Shown here piece by piece: positions 57,032-64,000 of a stretch of 64,000 bases of DNA. The position numbers and the translations under genes are program-made. The notes beneath the pieces are model-generated. The model was not told the origin of the DNA. It saw nothing but the letters and a program-made list of their open reading frames with translations, and ran no database searches. This stretch comes from an uncultured Chthonomonadaceae bacterium. Lineage in GTDB: Bacteria > Armatimonadota > Chthonomonadetes > Chthonomonadales > Chthonomonadaceae. Every line of letters starts with the position of its first letter. Position 1 is the first letter of the stretch. The stretch lies in assembly GCA_963817895.1 (NCBI GenBank), contig CAWFQB010000005.1, forward strand, positions 832,001-896,000, read 5' to 3'.

Positions 57032-58753
57032 ATGCTACGTCAATTTTTCGCGTATTATCGGCCTCACCGCCGCCTGTTTGTGCTTGATTTCTCGTGCGCC
57101 GTGATTTCGGGACTTTTGGAACTGGCGTTTCCGCTTGCCGTCCGAACGTTCGTGGATAGATTGCTGCCGAGCCAGAACTGGAGTCTGATCCTGAGCGCGG
57201 CCATCGGCCTGCTCGTTATCTATCTGCTGAACACGGGCTTGCAGTATATCGTCAACTACTGGGGGCATGTGCTGGGCATCGCCATTGAAACCGAGATGCG
57301 GCGCAAGATTTTCGACCATCTGCAAAAACTCTCGTTTCGCTTCTACGATAACCAGAAGACCGGCCATTTAGTCGCCCGCGTCACCAAAGATTTGGAAGAG
57401 GTCGGCGAAGTGGCGCATCATGGCCCGGAAGACGCTTTTATTGCCGTGATGACCTTTCTCGGCTCGTTCTTCCTGATGTACGCGCTCAATCCCAAACTCG
57501 CGCTGCTTACCGGACTTGTGGTTCCGCCCATGACGTGGATTTCCACGCGGTACGGCGCGGCCATGACGCGGACATGGCGTTCCCTGTTCAGTCAGGTGGG
57601 GAATTTCAATGCGCGGATCGAGGAGAACGTGGGCGGGATTCGCGTGGTGCAGGCGTTTGCCAATGAAGACCACGAGCGAAGCCTGTTTGCCCACGACAAC
57701 CTGAAGTACCGCGATACGAAACTGGATGCCTACCGCCTGATGTCCAAAAGCATGTCCCTGAGTTACATGACCATGCGGATCGTGCAGCTTTTCGTGATGA
57801 TCGCGGGCGCGTATTTCGTGCTGCATGGACAATTGACAGTGGGCGGCTTTATGGGCTTTCTGCTGCTCGTGAACGTGTTCTTCCGGCCTGTGGAAAAAAT
57901 CAACGCCGTGCTGGAAACGTATCCCAAAGGCATTGCGGGCTTCAAACGCTATACCGAGTTGTTGGGAACCGTTCCCGATATTGCCGACGCGCCGGACGCG
58001 AAAGACATTGGACACCTGCACGGCGACATTCGCTTTGAGGGCGTCAGTTTCGGCTACGAGTCTCATAAAAAGGTGCTGAACGATATTGACCTGGTGATAC
58101 CGGCGGGAGAAACCGTGGCGTTTGTCGGGCCGAGCGGGGCGGGCAAGACCACGATTTGTTCGCTCGTGCCGCGCTTTTACGAGATCGAAACGGGCCGAAT
58201 CACCATTGACGGCATAGACATACGCCAAATGACATTGGCCTCCCTGCGCCGCAACATCGGCATCGTGCAGCAGGATGTGTTCCTGTTCGCCGGTTCGATT
58301 CGGGACAACATCGCTTACGGGAAACTGGACGCGACCGAACCGGAATTGTGGGAAGCGGCGCGGCGGGCGCGACTGGACGACATGATTTCGCAGTTGCCCG
58401 AAGGATTGGACACGATCATTGGAGAGCGCGGCGTGAAACTCTCCGGCGGGCAGAAACAGCGGCTGGCGATTGCGCGTATGTTCCTCAAGAACCCGCCGAT
58501 TCTGATACTGGATGAGGCCACGTCCGCATTGGACACGGAAACCGAGCGGGCGATACAGGCGTCGCTGTCGGAACTGGCGGTAGGCCGCACCACCCTCGTT
58601 ATAGCGCACCGACTGGCGACCATTCAGAACGCCGATAGAATTGTGGTTGTAGATGAAACCGGGGTTGCAGAACAGGGATTGCACCGCGATTTGATGTTTG
58701 CAGGCGGCGTGTACCAGCGTTTGCACGAGGCGCAGTTTCACGCGATGGCTTAG
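57032..58753 (+). CDS. ABC transporter, fused TMD-NBD
   Basis: E.AHHGPED; GPSGAGKTT; LSGGQKQR; ILDEATSALD. Confidence 0.94.
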   Translation: MLRQFFAYYRPHRRLFVLDFSCAVISGLLELAFPLAVRTFVDRLLPSQNWSLILSAAIGLLVIYLLNTGLQYIVNYWGHVLGIAIETEMRRKIFDHLQKLSFRFYDNQKTGHLVARVTKDLEEVGEVAHHGPEDAFIAVMTFLGSFFLMYALNPKLALLTGLVVPPMTWISTRYGAAMTRTWRSLFSQVGNFNARIEENVGGIRVVQAFANEDHERSLFAHDNLKYRDTKLDAYRLMSKSMSLSYMTMRIVQLFVMIAGAYFVLHGQLTVGGFMGFLLLVNVFFRPVEKINAVLETYPKGIAGFKRYTELLGTVPDIADAPDAKDIGHLHGDIRFEGVSFGYESHKKVLNDIDLVIPAGETVAFVGPSGAGKTTICSLVPRFYEIETGRITIDGIDIRQMTLASLRRNIGIVQQDVFLFAGSIRDNIAYGKLDATEPELWEAARRARLDDMISQLPEGLDTIIGERGVKLSGGQKQRLAIARMFLKNPPILILDEATSALDTETERAIQASLSELAVGRTTLVIAHRLATIQNADRIVVVDETGVAEQGLHRDLMFAGGVYQRLHEAQFHAMA

Positions 58754-58796
58754 AGCCTTCTGGAACGATTTTTCAAATTAATTATGAAGGAGTCAT

Positions 58797-59171
58797 TTGG
58801 TGCAAATACAGCAGGATTTGAAATATGACGGCAATGGATTGATTCCCGCCGTGGTGCAGGATGCGGCCAATGGCGACGTGCTGATGGTCGGTTATATGAA
58901 CCAGGAAGCCGTGAAACGGACGCTGGAAACAAAGCGCGTTACTTTTTGGAGTCGTTCGCGTCAACAATTCTGGGTGAAAGGTGAAACTTCCGGTAACGCG
59001 CAGCACGTTATAGAACTCTATGTGGACTGCGATCAGGACTGTCTGCTCGTGAAAGTGGAACAAGTCGGCGCGGCCTGTCACGAAGGCTACCGTTCCTGCT
59101 TCTTTCGCCGCATTGCCCCCGATGGCAACACACTCGAAACCATTGGCGAACCGTTGATGAAGAGTTACTAG
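58797..59171 (+). CDS. hisI: Phosphoribosyl-AMP cyclohydrolase
   Basis: GLIPAVVQD...VLMVGYMN...FWSRSR...W.KGETSGN.Q...DCDQD...[10 protein letters not shown]. Confidence 0.96.
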   Translation: MVQIQQDLKYDGNGLIPAVVQDAANGDVLMVGYMNQEAVKRTLETKRVTFWSRSRQQFWVKGETSGNAQHVIELYVDCDQDCLLVKVEQVGAACHEGYRSCFFRRIAPDGNTLETIGEPLMKSY

Positions 59172-59289
59172 GTTTTAGGGTTCTATGGTTTTAGGGTTTT
59201 AGGCTGAAAGTATCTATGTGCAACCTGTAGTAGAAGTGTTGGTCTACTACTACAATCCTAACCTGAAACCATAGAACCCTAAAACCCTA
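59169..59289. repeat. Inverted pair of tandem octamer arrays (GGTTTTAG)n / (CTAAAACC)n
   Basis: Starts at the hisI TAG; variant GGTTCTAT unit mirrored as ATAGAACC in the right arm. Confidence 0.9.
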
Positions 59290-59322
59290 ACCACCTGTTT
59301 TACGAAGGGAACTACCCATAAT

Positions 59323-62300
59323 ATGTCCGCTTTGTCCGCTTTTCGCAGGAAGTTTGGTTCGCGCCGCCCGCTCGCTGCGGTTGTGGGAATGAGCGCGTTG
59401 TTTGGTGTTGGCAGTGTCGGACGGCCCGCGCAGGCCGCCGCGCCGCATTATTCCGACATCCTGCCCCTGAGCAAGATAAAGCCGGGAATGACGGGCTATG
59501 GCCTGACCACGTTCAAGGGAACGACCATTTCGCGCTTTGAAGTGACGGTTATCGGCATCATGCGCAAGGTCAACAACGGGCATGACCTGATTCTGGTGCG
59601 AATGAAGGGCGGCCCGATTACCGAGCGGGGCGCAAACCTCATTCACGGCATGAGCGGCAGCCCCATCTATATCAACGACAAGTGCATCGGCGCGTTTTCG
59701 CAGGGCGAACAGTGGCCCAAAGAACCCATCGGCATGGTCACGCCCATTGAAGACATGCTGGAAGCCTGGGACCCCGACATCCCGCAAACCCCACCCTATT
59801 TCCAGCCCGCCGATAAGCCGCCCACACCCGGCGGCGGCAATCCGTCACCGACGGATAAGAACAGACCGGGAGACAGGGAGACAGGGAGACAGAGAGAGGG
59901 AAAAGGAAAAAAGGAAAAGGATAAAGGGAAAACGGCTCTATCGTCTATCAACTATCAACTATCAACTCCTGAAACGATTACTCTGCCTTCGCCGATTACA
60001 GTGGGGAACAGGCGGATTAAAACGGTTGTGCTGAACGCCGGTCCGAACAGCAAACTGGCGAGTCGGTCTGATTGCGCCGTGCTGCACCGGGCGACCACAT
60101 TCGCGTCCGTCAGTGGCGTGACCGAAAAGGAAGTGGCGCTTTTTCAGAAGGAGTTGGACAAGCGCGGGTTTGCCATGACTTTGCAGCAGGCTCCCGTGAT
60201 GGGCGCGGGCAAGGCTAATATTCCCGCCTCGACGCTGAAGCCGGGTTCCGTATTCGGCACGTTTCTGTCGTCGGGTGATGTGGAGTTCGGCGCGTTTGGA
60301 ACCGTGACGTACCGCAAGGGCAACCGTATACTGGGATTCGGGCATCCGTTTATGGGCATGGGCGCATTGAACGCGGCTACCACAACCGCATCCGTCGTGG
60401 ATGTGTTTTCTGGCTTGCAGTCGTCGCATATCATTGCCGAGGCCGGCCCGGTTGTCGGCACATTTACGCAGGATCGCAACTTTTCCGTTGGCGCGGAATT
60501 GGGACGCAAGCCGTTTCAGATTCCGTTTACGATTACCGTCAACGACGAAAGCACGCACCGCATCCAAACGTTCCATACGCAGATGTTCCAGCATCCTGAC
60601 CTGACCGCCGCCCTGATGGGCATGATCGGACAGGCCGCCGTGTCGCGCATCCACAACATGCCGGGTGACATGATGGCGCGCGTGACCACAACGGTCGAGG
60701 CGGGCGAGGTGGGCAAAACCACGCGAACCAATCTGCTGTTCGACGCCGATGATATTTCGCAGGCCGTGACCAAAGACCTGACCGACATTACGGGAATCAT
60801 CAGCGGCAACCCGTTTTATCCCCTGCCGATCAAAGGCGCGAGCATGACCGTGAACCTGTACAGCGGGCATAACACGGCTACCATCGAGCGCATTTTCCTC
60901 AAGCAGGGACGGTATGAACCGGGGGATACGCTGGACGTTGGCGTTGTGCTGAAACCCTATCGCCGCGACCCGATTTACAAAAACCTGACGCTGAAAATCC
61001 CCTCCGACACGCCAACGGGACGCTACGCCCTTGCCGTGCGCGGCGGCTCGGCAACCGTGACGCGCATTGGCCCGTTCATTCTGTCCGGGGGTGGGGCGCA
61101 GGACACGCAGGCTCCGCCCGTCAACGTGCGGCAGATGCTGGCCCGTTTGAGCGCGCGGGAAACCAATACCGATATGGTAGCGCGTCTTGTCCTGAACACC
61201 GCCGCGCCCGCAATTGAGGGTGAAAAACTGTCGCAACTGCCGCCCAATCTGGCCGTGCTGATGCGCAGCGACCGCAATTCCGGCGTTCGTATCGAGCGCG
61301 ACGAAGTGCGAACAACCGCCCCGACGGATTACGTCGTGAGCGGGACGCAGCAGCTTGTCGTGACCGTCGTGCGCAAGAACACGCAGGAGATACCCGGCCC
61401 GGTCACATTCCCAGGTTCGTCCGGCGCTGCTACCTCCACCGGCAGCAGCTCCTCCTCGTCGCTCCAGAGCGGCAGCAGCAGCGCGTCCGCGCAGGACGAT
61501 GACGCCAAAGCCACTCCCGACACCGCGAACATGGGTTTATTGCAGTTCGGTAACGAGACGCAACGCTGGCTGGACGAACTGACAGGCGCGAAAAGGGTAA
61601 ATGAGACAACGGCAGAGCAGGACCCACCCGTAAATCCGCTGAAGCCGCCCGTTACCGACGACAAAACCAAAACGGACAAGAACGCCAAACCTAAAAACGG
61701 CAAGCAGGCAGTTGTGGTTCCGCCTGCGCCTGTGGCTGTCGCGCCCCCTGTTGTGACCGGCGACACCAAACCCGCCACCACGCCCAATGACAACGAACCC
61801 GTGAAAATCGTCGCCCGCCAACTGCAGGTATGGCGGCAAACGGGCGCGAACGGCTTCGCGTCCGGCAAGTTCATGGGAACCAGCGTGGCGGCAACCGGGG
61901 AACTGCGGCTCGCGTCGCGCCTGCGCCGCCTTGCCACCACAAACGAAACCTACATCTGGTCAGTGGTCACGGATAATCAGGGCAATGTGTACGCGGGAAC
62001 CGGCACGACGGGTAAAATCCTCAAAGTGGACGCGAACGGCGGCCTGAAAACCTTCGCGCAACTGCCCATCGTGTCCGTGCAAAGCCTGTTGTTGGCAAAA
62101 GACGGCACGATGTGGGCGGGCAGCAGCGTGAAGGGCCAGTTGTTTCACGTCAAGCAGGACGGCACGTATACCCTGACCGCAACCCTGCCGGAAAAATACA
62201 TCCTTGCGCTGGCTGAAGACAGTCAGGGCAATGTGTACGCGGGTCCGGGCGGGGGAGGAAACATCTATAAAATTCCCGTCGGCTATTCCGCGCCCGACCC

Positions 62301-63987
62301 GACCCGCACAGACGCGCTTAAACCGTTTGTGAAAACGCCCGCCGACTACATCACGTCCATAGCCGTTGACGGCAAGGACAACCTGTATATGGGTACGGGC
62401 AGTGAGGGAATCGTTTATCGCATTACGCCGGACGGCAAAAGCAGCGTTCTGTACGACGCCAGAGAAAACAGCGTCACCGCGCTTGCCGTAGACAGCAGCG
62501 GGATTGTGTACGCGGGAACCGGGCCAAAGGGTATCCTGTACCGTATTACGCCGGACGGATTGGCGACCGTGGCGTATGACCGCGCCACCAGTTTCTACAC
62601 GGGCCTGCGCGCGGCGAAAGACGGAACCCTGTACGCCACAACGGTCAATGCCGCGTACCATATCTTCCCGTCTACCGCCGACCCGACACATCCGGTTGTT
62701 CAGCCCTTAGACAATCCCCGCGACGTGGACTTTCTGACCCTCGGCCTGCTGCCAGACAACACGCCGATTATCGGCACGGGCAACATCGGCGAATTGTACA
62801 CGGCGGCGGGAGAAAACACGCCCAACCCGGATGGCAGGCCAACGGGCGCAGGCACTTTTGAAAGCGTAATTCATGACGCCAAACTGGTCAGTCAGTGGGG
62901 CGCGTTGCGCGTCAACGCGGCACTGACGAATGGCGCGAAAATGGCGGTTGCCACCCGGACAGGCAATGTGGCGGAACCCGATGCGACATGGAGCGACTGG
63001 AAAGCGGCTGCGCCTGTGGGCGGCAACGAGAACCGAATTACCAGTCCGCCCGCCCGGTTCATCCAGTATCGCCTGACGCTGATTCCCGCGTCGGGTTCAT
63101 CCGGCGTGTCGGCTGCGAACATGGCGGGAGTGGATGCGCCTTCAGTGCGCGAAGTGAGTCTCTCGTACATGCCGCGCAATCAGGCTCCCCGCGTGGGCTT
63201 CGCGTCCCCACAGGGGGGCGAACGGTGGGCCAAATCGCAGACGGTTCGCTGGCTGGGACTGGACCCGGACGGCGACACGCTCAGTTATGAGTTGTACTAT
63301 TCCAACGACGGCGTAAACTGGAAATCCCTGCCCAACGCGGCAGCGGCTTCCACTTCCTCCGCTGCTACTCCTGCCGCTGTCGCCGCGTCCGGCGCGAGTG
63401 GAAGCGCGGCTGCGCCCGCGCTGTCGCTGGACGAAATTCAGAAGCGATTGGAAGCGCAGAACGCGCCCGAATCCGTGCGGCGCATGGTGCTGGAATCGGC
63501 GCAGCGGCGAATGGCGGCAAATGGGGGAAGCAGTAATGCAGGGGGAATCGGCTCCCGCGAAACCTCCAAAACGTGGGACACCAAAACCCTGCCCGATGGC
63601 GCGTACTGGCTGAAAGTGGTGGCTTCGGATTACGCGAGTAATCCCTCCGACCCACAAACGGCGCAGGCGATTTCCGAGCCATTCGTAATCTGTAACAGCC
63701 TGCCGCAATTGACCCTGAGCGGAACGCCGTTGCTTGGCGCGGATCGGCGCGTCACCCTGAGTGGCAGCGCGTCACAGGGTTTGATTACGATTACGGCTGT
63801 GCAGTACCGCATAGACGGCGGCGACTGGCTGGCCGCTGTTGCCAGAGACGGCCTGTTCGACTCTACTAACGAGGGTTTCGGATTGACCACCCTGCCTCTA
63901 ACACCGGGCAAGCACACCATCGAAGTCGCCGCCTTCAATGCCGCCAACAATAAAGCCACCCAAAAAGTCGAGGTCACTGTGCCGTAA
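59323..63987 (+). CDS. Secreted SpoIVB (S55) peptidase fused to beta-propeller and Ig/FN3-like domains
   Basis: IKPGMTGYGLTTFKG...GMSGSPIY...GTVTY....ILGFGHPF; repeated D..G.VYAGTG..G..Y.I blades; N.AP.V....P..G. Confidence 0.85.
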   Translation: MSALSAFRRKFGSRRPLAAVVGMSALFGVGSVGRPAQAAAPHYSDILPLSKIKPGMTGYGLTTFKGTTISRFEVTVIGIMRKVNNGHDLILVRMKGGPITERGANLIHGMSGSPIYINDKCIGAFSQGEQWPKEPIGMVTPIEDMLEAWDPDIPQTPPYFQPADKPPTPGGGNPSPTDKNRPGDRETGRQREGKGKKEKDKGKTALSSINYQLSTPETITLPSPITVGNRRIKTVVLNAGPNSKLASRSDCAVLHRATTFASVSGVTEKEVALFQKELDKRGFAMTLQQAPVMGAGKANIPASTLKPGSVFGTFLSSGDVEFGAFGTVTYRKGNRILGFGHPFMGMGALNAATTTASVVDVFSGLQSSHIIAEAGPVVGTFTQDRNFSVGAELGRKPFQIPFTITVNDESTHRIQTFHTQMFQHPDLTAALMGMIGQAAVSRIHNMPGDMMARVTTTVEAGEVGKTTRTNLLFDADDISQAVTKDLTDITGIISGNPFYPLPIKGASMTVNLYSGHNTATIERIFLKQGRYEPGDTLDVGVVLKPYRRDPIYKNLTLKIPSDTPTGRYALAVRGGSATVTRIGPFILSGGGAQDTQAPPVNVRQMLARLSARETNTDMVARLVLNTAAPAIEGEKLSQLPPNLAVLMRSDRNSGVRIERDEVRTTAPTDYVVSGTQQLVVTVVRKNTQEIPGPVTFPGSSGAATSTGSSSSSSLQSGSSSASAQDDDAKATPDTANMGLLQFGNETQRWLDELTGAKRVNETTAEQDPPVNPLKPPVTDDKTKTDKNAKPKNGKQAVVVPPAPVAVAPPVVTGDTKPATTPNDNEPVKIVARQLQVWRQTGANGFASGKFMGTSVAATGELRLASRLRRLATTNETYIWSVVTDNQGNVYAGTGTTGKILKVDANGGLKTFAQLPIVSVQSLLLAKDGTMWAGSSVKGQLFHVKQDGTYTLTATLPEKYILALAEDSQGNVYAGPGGGGNIYKIPVGYSAPDPTRTDALKPFVKTPADYITSIAVDGKDNLYMGTGSEGIVYRITPDGKSSVLYDARENSVTALAVDSSGIVYAGTGPKGILYRITPDGLATVAYDRATSFYTGLRAAKDGTLYATTVNAAYHIFPSTADPTHPVVQPLDNPRDVDFLTLGLLPDNTPIIGTGNIGELYTAAGENTPNPDGRPTGAGTFESVIHDAKLVSQWGALRVNAALTNGAKMAVATRTGNVAEPDATWSDWKAAAPVGGNENRITSPPARFIQYRLTLIPASGSSGVSAANMAGVDAPSVREVSLSYMPRNQAPRVGFASPQGGERWAKSQTVRWLGLDPDGDTLSYELYYSNDGVNWKSLPNAAAASTSSAATPAAVAASGASGSAAAPALSLDEIQKRLEAQNAPESVRRMVLESAQRRMAANGGSSNAGGIGSRETSKTWDTKTLPDGAYWLKVVASDYASNPSDPQTAQAISEPFVICNSLPQLTLSGTPLLGADRRVTLSGSASQGLITITAVQYRIDGGDWLAAVARDGLFDSTNEGFGLTTLPLTPGKHTIEVAAFNAANNKATQKVEVTVP
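59863..59967. repeat. Composite (GGGAGACA)n + (GGAAAAG)n + (TATCAAC)3 arrays in frame within the SpoIVB gene
   Basis: Encodes RPGDRETGRQREGKGKKEKDKGKTALSSINYQLST. Confidence 0.9.
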
Positions 63988-64000
63988 CTGGCCCTCAATG

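Noticed and set aside
59171..59203. TTTTAGGG as a true telomere or eukaryotic contamination
   Set aside because: Only about 4 imperfect units between bacterial genes; it is one of many unit types in the same hairpin family.
2515..59967. Short tandem arrays as CRISPR arrays
   Set aside because: Units are 7-8 nt and contiguous, with no repeat-spacer periodicity and no cas genes.

Overview
Bacterial chromosomal DNA, GC-rich in the housekeeping genes. The gene content suggests Armatimonadota (PEP-CTERM protein, SpoIVB-peptidase/propeller fusion); this is inference only. 1-11.8 kb holds the fusA 3' end and the S10/spc ribosomal cluster (rpsJ to rplE), which stops at rplE. The usual tuf slot carries a HEPN-like gene, a small partner gene, a diverged EF-Tu domain II+III-only gene lacking the G domain, and one of two paralogous small ORFs that flank rpsJ. 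uL22, uS3 and uS17 have long low-complexity extensions. 14.5-19.8 kb is a trkA-trkA-CHAD-CHAD-HhH-ppx-HD (polyphosphate) operon. At 20.2-20.9 kb an ArsR/SmtB gene is coupled to a 39-aa, 10-Cys metallothionein-like ORF missing from the ORF track. The rest holds metabolic and envelope genes (phosphodiesterase, AAC(3)-like, esterase, BSP peptidase, xylA, LamG-PEP-CTERM, SARP/TPR regulator, pilHI-like ABC, tandem acyltransferases with identical 3' halves, GH32, ABC and MFS transporters, VIT-vWA, hisI, SpoIVB fusion), two decayed toxin-antitoxin-like genes, and an IS630 inserted into a REP-like palindrome. Throughout the window are about 15 short tandem-repeat elements with differing 7-8-nt units but one polarity (G-rich arm first, C-rich arm second). 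They form intergenic hairpins and also sit in frame inside proteins. A stop in rplN, a 1-nt insertion in rplX and other frameshifts point to consensus errors. No rRNA, tRNA or CRISPR array was seen.
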